Shown: positions 28,161-40,815 of the stretch, piece by piece
How the letters are laid out: the number at the start of each line of letters is the position of its first letter
Numbering within the stretch: position 1 is the first letter of the stretch
Origin: the human T2T-CHM13v2.0 reference genome, Homo sapiens
Direction: 5' to 3' (one strand)
Length of the DNA: 64,000 nt
Assembly: GCF_009914755.1 (NCBI RefSeq)
Contig: NC_060940.1
Position numbers and translations under genes: made by a program
Notes under the pieces: model-generated
Told to the model about the DNA's origin: nothing
The model's input: the letters and a program-made list of their open reading frames with translations, nothing else
Databases searched by the model: none

Positions 28161-30149
28161 AACACTGAAGGATTATGTGCCCTCTTTCCTTTGTACCACT
28201 TATTGCAATTGTAATAAACACTCAGGCCACTGTATGTTTAATGTCTGTCTCACCCACTGGACTATAAATGGCCTCAGGGAAGGTTAATGTCTGTCTGCTG
28301 TTAAAGTAATTTAACTATATTTAAACAAAGTACTGCTTAATTGTTGTAACCCAGCACTTAGTATCTGATGCATACTAATACCAATGAATGATTGTTCACA
28401 AATATGTGAATGAATAGAGAAAGAACCCATGAAGGCATTGACACCTGCTTCATTCATTTGCTATTCCAGCTGTGGCATATGCCAGGTCCTGTTTCAGGTG
28501 CAGAGATGGAGAAGTGATTTGCACCCCATTGTCCCATCCTCCTGGAGCTGGTGGCTTGCTCAGGATCAAATCCAGCCTGCACCTCATGTAACCAAATGAA
28601 ATTGTCAATAATGAGCTGCCTTTGGCCAATAAAAATGGCAATTTCATATGCTTCATCCCAATCCGAAACAGATGACAGCTCTGTTTGAAGCTGGGAGCCC
28701 ACCTATTATTCAGTGTTTCCCTATCTTCACAGCATCCTCCTAGCCCCCAGTGCACATTCATGGAATTCTAGAATATAAAAATCTCTGGACAAAATATCCT
28801 TCAAGTCCTAAAATTCTATATCCCTGAATCAAGCTGTCATGCAGGACTCTCAGGCACTATAATATATGGACTAGAACATCTGAGGGCAAGTCCCCTTCCC
28901 GCAAAGCTGACCTTGGCACCTGATGCATCTGGGAGCCCCAAAAGGGGGTCCCAGGCCCCAGGGCCTGCACATGCTGCCGCACGCAGTGTCTTCTACGGGG
29001 CCTGTGCCGGTGGCATTGATCCCTCTGCTAACTAGATGAGAAATTGCAGCAGGCTTTCCTTGCATGGCTTTTCCATGCATCTTTGTCAATGATGGTTTAC
29101 ATTCTGGGATTGAACTAATTTGTTTCCGTTTGCTCCTGGCTGCAGGCTTCAGGCAGCTCAGCTTTGTTGTCCCGGGTTCGCAACTTGCCATTCTCCCTCC
29201 TCTTGCCTTTCCCCTCCCTAGCTAACCACATCTGAGGGCAAAAAGGATTAGCAAGCTCAGTGTGATGTGATTCTGGCACTTGTAGCCTGGATTCTTCTGC
29301 TACCTCAGAGAGCTGGGGTGGGGAGAGTGATGACTTAGTTGCCGCATGGAAGAAAGAGGTGGGGAGAATGAACCTTCAGTGCCCACTTGGGTGCTGCACA
29401 GCTGGGAACATCCCCACTCTGACAGCTAGCAAATACAAATGACCACAGCGATGATGCTGATTGCAGTTAATGTTTTCTGAGAATTAGGCACTAGCCCTAT
29501 GCTAATTCCTTTTCATGCATTTCAGACAGTCCTTTCCATAATCTCTCTCAGTGAGAAGAACTGTTATTTTGTCCATTTTGTGGATGAAGAAACCAGAACC
29601 CAAGAGCGGAAATAATTCATCCAAGATCACTCGCTAGGATTCAAGCTTTAATACCTGGTGTGTCTGAATCAAGAATTCGCATCCTTACAACTGCTCCATA
29701 TCCCCCTACTCCCCAAACCTTGATGCTTACAGGTATCTACTGAACAATAAACATCTTCCCTGAGCCTGAAAATGGTGGAGATGCGGTGTGGATTTCTGGA
29801 AATTGGAGCGGAGAGACACCTTTGGGGGGATAAAAGACGGCATTTGAGACACTTGCATTCCTCCAGCTGTCCCCCTTTGGCATGTTTTAATTTTAAAGTG
29901 GCAAATGAGGAGGATGCTTCCTCAGGGGTTCCCCAAAGGCCTGGATATTGGCCGACAAGAGGGCCAATTTTCTCACTGACATTCTTCTTCTTAATAGAAT
30001 AAGTCACTTCAGCTGTAAAAATATTTATTTTTAACCCCACATGGGACTGTCTACAAACTATTTTCATGTTGAGTATAAAACAGTCAAACCTGTAACTATT
30101 TTCTTTGTTTCAGAATTGGCCTGCAAAACTTCTGCTAATTATTTACCAA

Positions 30150-31050
30150 AGCTGAATCTATGCAAACTCTACAATCCAGCAATTCCACTCCTGGTGTTAC
30201 CAGTGGAGGGTCTTGACTACAAGTCATCCAAATTCTTGGCGTTTTGAACAAAAAATTGGACAAAATGCACAAAGAAAGCAATGAAGGAATGAAGCAACGG
30301 AAGCACAGATATATGTAAACAAAAATTCACTCCACAGAGTAGGAGCTGGCTCGACCAAGTGGCTCAAGAGCGTTGGTTACAGAATTTTCTGGAGTTTAAA
30401 ATACCCTCCAGAGTTTCCCATTGGTTACTTGGTTACACCCTGTGTAAATGAAGACTTGGCCTGCAACCAGTCTGATTGGTCACAAGAAGTGACCAATCAG
30501 AGGGTGAAGTCAAGTTACAAAGTTAAACATGAAGACTTGGCCCCATGACCAGCCTGAATGATTGCGGGAGGGGACCAATTATAGGTACTCTTCATTTTTC
30601 ATCTGCAAGGCAGTGCAAAGGGAGTAGCCTCTTATCCTTTTGTTACTTGCGTGTAGAAAGGTGGGGTTTTCCTTTGGATTCAGTTCTAGGAAGTCAGCAC
30701 AAATCAGCCTTAGGTTTCCTGTCTCCAGACCCTATTCTGCCTCACTGAGTAAATACCAAATAGAAATGAGCATGTGTTCATCTAAAGGAGACCTTCAGAG
30801 TGGTGCTTACAGCCCCAAATCAGAAACAATGCAAAGGCCCTGGGCTGGGAAGTGAATTATGGTAGAGTCACATGGTGGACTACTGCGCTGCAATGAGAAG
30901 GAGCAATCTTCAGACCAATCCAGGGACATGAAAGGATCTCACACCCATTATACTGACTGAGCAGAAAGGGTAGGACAAAGTAGGACATACATATATCCTG
31001 TATGATTTGATGCTTATGATGTTTAAAAACAGGCTAACTCTAACCGTAAC
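30150..31050 (+). mobile_element. Old L1M 3' fragment split by a MER51 LTR
   Basis: ccagcaattccactcctgg | gtaaataccaaatagaaatg continues across the LTR. Confidence 0.65.
30195..30744 (-). mobile_element. ERV1 solo LTR, MER51A/B-like
   Basis: minus strand starts TGAGGCAGAATAGGGTCTGGAGACAGGAAACCTAAGGC; TG...CA termini; 4-bp TSD ctgg/ctga; multiple CCAAT boxes. Confidence 0.8.
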
Positions 31051-31067
31051 CCTCTGCTCATTAATGC

Positions 31068-31285
31068 TTTTTGTTTGTTTGTTTATTTGAGACAGGGTTT
31101 TGCTCTGTCGCCCAGGCTGGAGTGCTATGGTGCAATCTTGGCTCACTACAACCTCTGTCTCCCAAGCTCAGGGGATCCTCCCACCTCAACCTCCTAAGTA
31201 GCTAGGACGACAGGTGTGCACCACCGTGTCCAGCTAATGTTTTTTATTTTTAGTAGCGATGGAGTTTGGTCATGTTGCCCAGGCT
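31068..31285 (-). mobile_element. 5'-truncated AluJ-type
   Basis: (GTTT)n tail, right arm, partial left arm. Confidence 0.85.
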
Positions 31286-32508
31286 ACCGAGGTGTTTTTA
31301 ATTATCTTTCTCTTCCCTGCCTTGCCTCCCCATTCCTCTTCCTCACCTGTGCTTCCTAGAATGACCTCCCAGGTAATATCCCTGCACCAGCTCTTGTCTC
31401 AGAGTCTGCTTGCGGGGCCTCGGGAACTGAGACAATGCACAATTTTTGTCTTTGTTATGTCAGGGATCATCATTTGGCTCCATCTAGCACCTCCATGAGC
31501 CTGGGGACTTTGTCTTGTTCACTGATGTGTCCCAAGTGCCTAGAACAGTGCCAGGCAGATTATTGACACTCATTAAGTACTCCTTAGACATTGAAGAAAA
31601 TATGCAGACATAGCCAGGAGGCCAAGATCTAGAAAGCATCAAGCTGCCCAGAAGCTGTTTCACTCAAGCAAAAGGGAGCAAGGTCATGTTGATGGAGGCC
31701 TGTGGTGTGTATATGAGTGTGTATGTGTATATGTATATATACATATGTATATATATATTCTGATCTCACAATAGCTCTTACAATAGTTATTGTCTTAACA
31801 ACAAAGATAGGGTAACTGCTTAGTTCTTCGCTGTTGAAGCTTAGTAGAGGCAGAGCATGTCTGTCTTATTTCCGCTGTAGCCCCAGGGCTTAGCACCTAG
31901 ACAGGCCATAGTAGGGGCTCAACAGATATTTGCTGAGTAAATAAATGAGTGAGTTCAAACATCTTGCCCAAAGTCACGGCTGGGAAGTGTTGGAGCTTAG
32001 ATTTGCACCCAGTTTAGTGTGAGTTCAAAGCCCAAGTTCTCTGGCTATTCCAGGTTGCTGCTCCAGTGTGGATACGCACAGAGTCTTTAACTGCTGTCCT
32101 TGTCCCCACTGGCTTTCTCATGAGCTTTTCAGATGAAAATGACTATTATTTAAAAATACAAAAGAAAAATCTTCATTGACTGGTTTTATGAAGAAAACTT
32201 TATAAAGTTATATATATATATAAAATATGTATAATATATATGTTATATAAGGTTTTATACAGAAAGCGTTATAAAGACAACTTCTTGGTGTAGGGTGGGC
32301 CCAGCCAGAATGTGGCCAAAGGGTGGACCCCATGACTCTCTTGCCCTTCATCTTTAAATTCCTGATGGGTATCAGTGAAACTCACCAAACCGTTTACCTG
32401 GATCAACAGACAAAGAAAATGGTGCTTAGCTAGGTGATCTGCAGTCCAGCTTTGCATTCTGGTTTAAATCCACAGACTTAAACAAATGGGACTTAAGAAG
32501 GATGGGCA

Positions 32509-32796
<288 letters not shown>

Positions 32797-34714
32797 AAGA
32801 AGGATGGACAGAGGGCAGTGATGGGGATCTCACTGGCCAGAGACATCTCTCTAGTGCTCTATGCTGACTTGACTCTGTTCCAAACTCCCTCAATTGTTCA
32901 AAGAGTTGGGCAATAACAGATGTGAGTGGGCACTGGCCACCCATGGCTTGTCTTCTCCAGAGTCAGTAAATGCACCTGACACAATTGGCTGTTACCTACG
33001 AGTGTGGTGTCATATAGATAGGAAAGAGTGTCTTCCCTAGGGCTGTGAGCAGAGCCAGCTAGTGCTAGGGGACTAGGCTGAGTGTAGCAGGATGTTGGAT
33101 GACATCTTCAAATTAGGTTATCGTGCTCAGATATGGTTTTCTAGGTTTATACGGTCAGAATAACATCCCTGGGAGTGAGAGACCTCATGGAGACCATGAG
33201 AAGTGTTTTGAGGGAAGGTGAGATTGGAAGTGGGGAAGACAGTTAAAAATTAGATGATAAAACAAAAGTGCCTAAGAGGAGGGAGCAAGATGTTAAGCAG
33301 ACGTGTTGGGAAATGAAGGAAGTATAAGTGGGAGGGCAGATCTGCCTGAGAGAACCCCATGAGCAGGTGAGGAGATGGCCTAAGCCCATGGGGAAGCAGA
33401 TGAGGGGCCCTGAGAACCCCTCAGCTATTGCATATTCTCAGTCTTTGCCCACCAGGTGACGTTTCCTCCTCTCAGGTGAATGCTGCATGCTGGAACGCCC
33501 TCTCTGGCCTGATTTGTTGCAAAGGCCCCTGTCCTGAGATGGGCTCCCTTTACATCCTGATTCCCATCAAAGCTTCCCATCTCCTCTGCATCTTGCTTGC
33601 TGTGTCACTCAGGGTCTGCTCCACTGAGGTGACACTTACACCTAGGGAGGGACCGGGGAACTCGAAATCAGCCAAGAAGCCAGAAGAGGCATGGATCAGC
33701 CAGTCCATCTGAGGAAGGGAATTGGAATCTTGGAAGGGAGCACCCCATACTTCTCCTGTCTCCAACTGGTCAGGGATGCGCCAATGCACTCCACTCCCAA
33801 TCCTATACAGACACACAAAGGACTCTATCACCCAAACCCACGCGGCATATTGTATACGCACACACGCTCACGTATTGCACTAGCATCTTCAGCTCCACCC
33901 TGCTTTCTGTGCTGGGAGGCTCAGCTGTGTCAACTACATCCATGGGTACCTTTGCCTTCTGGCTTCCAGGTTGGTTTGGACAATTAGAAACTGGAAGGAC
34001 TCAGATGGTTCCTAAAATTCTCCAAATCAGCAGAAGTAGGGTGCCTGAAGTCAGAAGTGATTCTAAAAATCAGAGGACTCTTGAAGGTCACAGACATTCC
34101 ATAGCCTGACCCACTCTTAGCTAGATTATAAGAAGCAGAGGGACCCTACTGATATCTGTACTGCCCATCAGTCTATCTATATAGTAAAAGTGGCCAAGAC
34201 ATACTTGGGATACTTCCTTTTTAGATTTATGTCTATTCATCAGAAACAAAGGAAAAAATTATATCAAGGGTAGACATACAGGGAACAGCTACATTATTTA
34301 TTGAAAGTGTTTATGTGTGTGTGTGTGTGGTAATTACCTGGTTGTCTCCTTTTAATACTTCTCTAAGTCACTAGACCGTGGACTTCCTCCAGCTGGGACA
34401 AGGCTGTTGACCAACAGTCATGTGCTCATGAGTAACACCATTGTCAGCAACAGCTCATGCCTGTCACTCCAGCTAATAACTAGGATAATGGAGGACACAG
34501 AGCATTATAATGCTTTGGAATATTATAAGAAAAAATTTCTATGGAGAGAGCCTTGCCTATCATCCTTATGCTGATAATTGACTCTCCCCTGGCCCTTACA
34601 TTTACATGAACACCTCATGTTCATGGCTATAGTTGTCCAGACATTTACTGCATTGTCTGACCCAGAAGCAACGGGAGCACTGGAAGCAACTACACAGAAG
34701 AAGAGAAAGTAGCT

Positions 34715-34875
34715 TTTGTTGAGCCTTACTCTGTGCCAAGATTAAAGTTCGGACAATTAGCTTTTTTAAAAAAATCTTCAAATGACCCATTCGTGGAATA
34801 GGCCTTGGCAGAATTTCCATCTTACAGCAGAGAAACTGAGGTTCAGAGAGGTTACGCAACTAGCCTAAGGTCCCC
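34715..34875 (-). mobile_element. MIR
   Basis: ttgagccttactctgtgcca..ccatcttacagcagagaaactgaggttcagagaggtta. Confidence 0.7.
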
Positions 34876-35092
34876 CAAATTAGGCCAGCCTTGGAGTGCA
34901 CCAAGGCCCCTGGAAATCTCTGCTGCTGTCAGACATTTGTGCTAGTGGCTGATGACAACAGCAGGAATTGATACGAATGTTTAGTGACAGAAATGAGGAC
35001 AGTTTGTCCTGTGACGTAGAGAAATAGTTTTCTCCAACCCCAATTGAAAACTTTGTCAACAGCTTAGTAAAATGTGGCTAATGTTTGACTCC

Positions 35093-35594
35093 TGTCTTAG
35101 GGTTTTCCAGAGAAATGGAACCAGTACAGGAACTGGTTCACATGATTACAGAGGCTGGGAAGTCCCACAGCCTGCCGTCTGTGCCACTGGCAAGCTGGAG
35201 AAGCAGGAAACTTCATGGTGCAGTTTGCCCAAGTCTGCAGGCTTCAGAAACAAGGGTGGGAGTGGGGAGGGGCTGACAGTGTAAGTTCCCATTTGAGTGG
35301 GACCCAGAACCAGAAGTGCTGACCTCTGAGGGCAGGAGAAGTTGGGTGTCCTGGCTCAAGCAGAGAGCAAACTCACCTTTCCTCTGCTGTTTTGCTCTCT
35401 CTGGGCCCTCGATGAATTGTGTGATGCCCACCTGCATTGGTGAAGGCCATCTGCTTTACGCTGTCCACCAACCCAAATGCAGATCTCTTCCAGAAACACC
35501 TGCACAGACATTAAGGGATGCCCAGAAATAATGTTTCATCAGCTATGTGGGCTTCCCTTAGCCCAGTCAAGATGACATAAAATAAACCATCACA
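35093..35594 (-). mobile_element. MLT2B-like ERVL solo LTR
   Basis: agggttttccagagaaa..cccagaaataatgtt..cccagtcaagatgacataaaataaaccatcaca; TSD actcc/acccc. Confidence 0.85.
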
Positions 35595-36307
35595 ACCCCC
35601 AAATCACAGTGAAATGATGTGAGACCCAGATAAAAATATGCAGCTAATTAAAAAAAAATTTGAATTGCTGAATGCTACAGCCAGTGGAAGCCTCGTGGGT
35701 CCCTGGGCTGTGTATTTGCTCCCTCCTCAGCTCTGGGATGAACAGCCAGAAGACTACTGCTTCCTCTCTCCCAGTCTGGCTGGGAAGTCTCCTTCCCACA
35801 GTCCCAAGCCAGCTGACCTGGGGACTGGAGTGGCAGCTGTAGCTTAGGAGAACTGAGATGCAGAGGCCCATCCCATCAAGAAAGCCAGGGCCAGGCAGGA
35901 TGAGCCCAGCATGCTGTCCTCCTCACTGCTGAGCACTGATCAGTTGGTTCATATCTAAAGGAGGAAGACCAGGGCACTTCCCAGACTCATGGGCCAACAC
36001 AGACTCATAGTCCACAACTATCCATGGGTTTTAGTGAGAGCTGGAAGAAGTACCTCAGTGAAGTTCAGGAAACAGTATTTTATAAAGGTAATGAGATTTG
36101 TGCAGAATAAAGCAGACATTACATTGTTTATTTGCCCCCACACCAAGTTTTCACCTAGACCCATAAGAGATGGGAAGGTTCTAATTCCCAGACAGGATCC
36201 ATATCATGGACCCAGTCAAGCTCACAGGCTCTGCTTTCATGTGCAAAGACATGTTCCACCTCCGCCCAGCTCAGAAAGTGTTTAAAAATTGTTGTCTGCA
36301 GACATAG

Positions 36308-36920
<613 letters not shown>

Positions 36921-37549
36921 CATGTAGACACTTTTCTAAAACCAATGAGCTGTCTCAGAAGTCCGACAAGAAGTCCATCGACTGGAAGGAGCTGTGATCC
37001 TCAACCTAAGGGGTGGTCTTTCTCCACTGGTGGTTTTTGAGAAACTGCTGTTGAAGTATTTGCCAGTTATGAAGGCGAATGGAAAATTTCCCCATTAATT
37101 CTTAAGTACTCTGCATAAGGGAGCAAAGCTTCCATAAAGCAGCCTTGAACCAGGATGCCCAGAAATGGCAGCTTTATCCAGACAGACACAGCAAAGACAA
37201 CTCTTTGGCCAAATGTCTTTCTCTGCGTCATGGCTTTGGCCTAAAATATGCAAGCTTCTCGGAAGACAGATGAGGTCAAATACTCACTCGGCTCTCCTCA
37301 CCACCCTTACCTTTATGGTTAAATGTTGGAGAGGTGCACCTTTTTGGTACAGCTGTAGCTTGGTGCATGCTGTTCCTTGGTTTTGCCTGGTGGGTTAGAC
37401 TTTCAGTAATAAGGTGTTGGGGTGATTTTGCTGAAAAAGGGATCTCCTGGGCCCAACCCAGCAGGCATTCCAGTTGCAGCCAGATATACCGTTCCCTTGA
37501 TATTTCAAGGATCCCTCAGGCTTCTCCTTGAAGGAAGCAGGAGAATGTT

Positions 37550-38071
37550 TTTTGCGTTTCTAGAACTCTGGCCCAGAAATTAAGGATCAATTTTCTGATT
37601 GTAGTAGAAGTGAAGGTTCCTAAGGAATAGTCCCGAGTGTGAGCCTTAAGAGATAGGGAATGAGAGAAGTGGGCTGGGTGTTGTTCATCCTGTTATTCTT
37701 TGAGTGTTTCATGGAATCTGAACAAGGACAAGGAAAAAAGGGATTTTTTTTTAATGGAGGAAGGATGATTTTCTCCTAGGGTTATTCTAAGTTGGGGTTT
37801 TTAAGGCAGCATGGACTGCCAAATGCTGTTTTTTGTGGACTGAAATCACTTTGGGATATTTTTTCTGCCACACTGGGAAGTTTTAGTTTTTAAAACAATG
37901 CTTATGCAGATAATGCATTTTTTCTTAATGCTTGTTTTAAGAGACAGTCTTCATTGGGTTTGCACTTTCCACCCTTGACCTTGTTAGAGATGTAATTTTT
38001 GCTGTTCTCCAGGTGAAAGTGTTAACCTTGCACAAGTTTGGTAATAAACGATTGTTGAAGTTTCAAAAAAA
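37550..38071 (+). pseudogene. Probable 5'-truncated processed copy of an mRNA 3'UTR (parent unidentified)
   Basis: T/G-rich UTR-like composition; AATAAA 38043-38048 followed 16 nt later by an A7 run; 5' boundary uncertain; no clear TSD. Confidence 0.5.
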
Positions 38072-38124
38072 TTTTTGGATAGTGCTGTTCCTCTGCTCAA
38101 AGCCATCAATAGTTTTTTATGACG

Positions 38125-38759
38125 TGTGGTGATTTCCTATCGCTGCTGTCACAAATGACCACAAACTTAGTTTAACGCAACACGAATTTATTATCTTACA
38201 GTTCTGGAGTCAGAAGTCTGACCTGGTCTCAGTGGGCTACAAACAAGATGTTCTCAGGGCTTCATTTCTTTCTGGAGGCTCTATAGGAGAAAGCTGTTTC
38301 CTTCCTTTTCCAAGGGTTCCATTCCATGGAACAGAAGTGATGTCATTTTGTCAGGCAAACATCTAACTTTCTAAGTTGACAGAACTCAACCTAACTATAC
38401 CTAACTACTACATTATGTCATACATGTTTTTTTAAAATACATGTTTGGCTTTGTTTCTTATTATACTTGGTTATATTTCCAGCTTCTAGAGGACACCCTC
38501 TTCCTTGGCTCTGTTCCATGTCTTCATCTTCAAAGCCATCAAAGTCACTTCTTCCTGACTCTTTTTTGTAGTCACATTTTTCTCTGTGACCATGGCTGAA
38601 AAAGTCTCTGATTTTAAGGACTTAGGTGATTAAACTGGGTGCAACTGCATACTCTCACCTGTCAAGGTCGACGGTACCTTTAATCACATAGTGAAGTCCC
38701 TTTGCCACATGAGGTAATATATTCACAGACACTTTGGGGGCCATTTTCTGCCTACCAGA
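38125..38759 (-). mobile_element. MLT1C/D solo LTR with 163-bp foreign insertion
   Basis: gctgctgtcacaaatgaccacaaactt..tttattatcttacagttctgga..ttccagcttctagagg..aagtccctttgccacatgaggtaa. Confidence 0.8.
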
Positions 38760-39109
38760 AATTAAAAAACTCACAAAGCATGACCTTACTGTTTCTAACC
38801 TAACTACACCATCTCTACAGGTTTTGCTTCCAGGCACAGAGTCTACTAGGCTCCATTTGGGTTTTGGGGCAGGTGCATACCTACTGTCCCTCTGCCTGAC
38901 ACCTGCCTTTGATCTTCTCTCTGTCCTCCCAACACCACTTACTTCCAACTCGTCCTCAAATTTCAGCTGCTACATCCCTTCCTCAGAGATGCCTTCCCTC
39001 ACTATAGTCATTGAACAAGACTGAGCTCCTTGTAAGATCCTAAAACTTATCCATCATCATATTAACCATAATTTGTAATTATTTTTCATGTGATATTCCA
39101 CAAATGGAT

Positions 39110-39485
39110 TAGTAGCACAATGTAGTGATTCTTTTTGTTAGTTTGTTTGTTTTTGATTTTGAAGATTTGTCTGCTATTGAATAGTGTAGTGATTCTGAGG
39201 CCTAGGTTAAGGTCCTTTCTCTTCTAATAACTAGTTGTATGATATTAGGAAAGTCATTTGATAGCTTATTGCCTTAATTTCTTCATCTATAAAATGTATT
39301 TATCATATTATATTAAGTACCCCAAAAATATATACACCTACTATGTACCCACGAAATTTAAAATTATAAACTAAAAAGAAAGAAAAAGAAGATAGATTGT
39401 TAAGAAAATGAAAAAAAGATTAAAAGAGTTTTTATGTGCAGAGTTCTTAGAACAGTGCCTGTCAAATAATAAGCACTGATACGTA
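39110..39485 (+). mobile_element. MIR interrupted by an L1MA 3' tip (~39320-39390) and a small TSD-flanked insert
   Basis: tttcttcatctataaaatg..cttagaacagtgcctg; gtaccccaaaaatatatacacctactatgtacccac. Confidence 0.65.
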
Positions 39486-39899
39486 TGTCATAGATCAAAT
39501 ATATATTTATAATTTATTTATATATAAATATTTATCTATTTTGTATATTTATATTACATTGTAGATGTATATTTACACAAGATGCTATATTATTATAGAT
39601 ATAGTTATATATAATATTAGGGGAATTTTAGAAATATTACTGTATGTCTGGTGCCTGGGGTTTAATAGTTGCTCAGTAAGTCTTTGCTGAAGGAAGGAGA
39701 AAGGGAGGGAAGAAAGATACAGAGATCTCTGCTCTTTAGCAGATTTTCTGATATCTCCTTAGTCAATATTATGCAGGCAAAGTAGCCACAGCAACAGCAG
39801 GAGTAACATAACATGTCATTTTTCGTGCTTTGAAGACCTGTTTTCATAAACACAGTGCAATGTCATTGCTCTTGAACCCACTTGCTTGATAAGCAAAAT

Positions 39900-40310
39900 C
39901 TAATTGCTAGGAAATACAGAAGTCTTAAACCACCTTGAATTGCAGGATGAAATTCTAATAGGTACAAGAATGTTGCCACAAAGCTCACCAATTAATTGTT
40001 TGAAAGTAGGCTTGGGTAAAGAAAATAGCATAGAGAAAAAGAATATGTTGGAAAATAGCTATTCTGAGATAGCTGGAGACACAAAAGAAGCTCACCAGAG
40101 CAGACATTCTGCTCCTGCTCCTTGATAAAGCTAACAAAACAGCGGACCTTATTGATGTAGCTGTTTCCTGCAGCAGAAGCATCACAAAAATCTGTCCAGA
40201 CAAAACAAACAAGTATGCAGCCCTGGCAGAAGAGCTGACGTTAAGTGTGGAAACTGAGGAACATCAAAGTCAAGGCAGCTATCATCTTGGCAAGAGGGAT
40301 GTTGTTCTCT
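39900..40310 (+). mobile_element. Fossil R4/Dong-clade LINE (Mam_R4-like), C-terminal restriction-like endonuclease region
   Basis: translation from 40097: RADILLLLLDKANKTADLIDVAVSCSRSITKICPDKTNKYAALAEEL, frameshift, VWKLRNIKVKAAIILARG; upstream MLENSYSEIAGD and NRYKNVATK remnants. Confidence 0.75.
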
Positions 40311-40384
40311 GCATAAGCTGCACATCTGGTGGGTAAGGGGCTCGGTTCAGAGTTGTATGGGAAATAGCTCTGGCTTTTACCTGC

Positions 40385-40815
40385 CCTGCATTCACTGTCC
40401 ATTTTGGCAAAAACACCCTCATTTCTCCTGGGGTGCCAACACTCTATTCACAATCATCACGGGAGCAGGGGAAACTGACCCTACCCAGGGCTATAGGAAT
40501 TAGCCATGACCTGGGTCTGGCTTATGAAAATGCTACATCTCCTTGGCCACAGCAATTGGTCCAGAAATGAGGATGTGGCACAGCTGGGGCCAATGAGGCT
40601 ATTTCCCTTGAGATTTCATGGAAACTAATAGGGAAGGGAAACTCTATCTAGATCTCTATAAGATCCCCATGGCCATCTTTGTCATCACTTGGGAAAACTT
40701 GGCTGAAAAACAAAGGCAACAAGGAGGAATGAGGACACCAGAGATGGAAAAAGGGCTCTGGAGCCATGATACCCACTCGATTTTCTGGGAACGTGAACCA
40801 ATCATTCATGTCTCT
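40385..40815 (+). mobile_element. MLT1K-like LTR fragment
   Basis: ccttggccacagcaattggtccag..gatgtggcacagctggggccaatgag..ggccatcttt. Confidence 0.6.
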
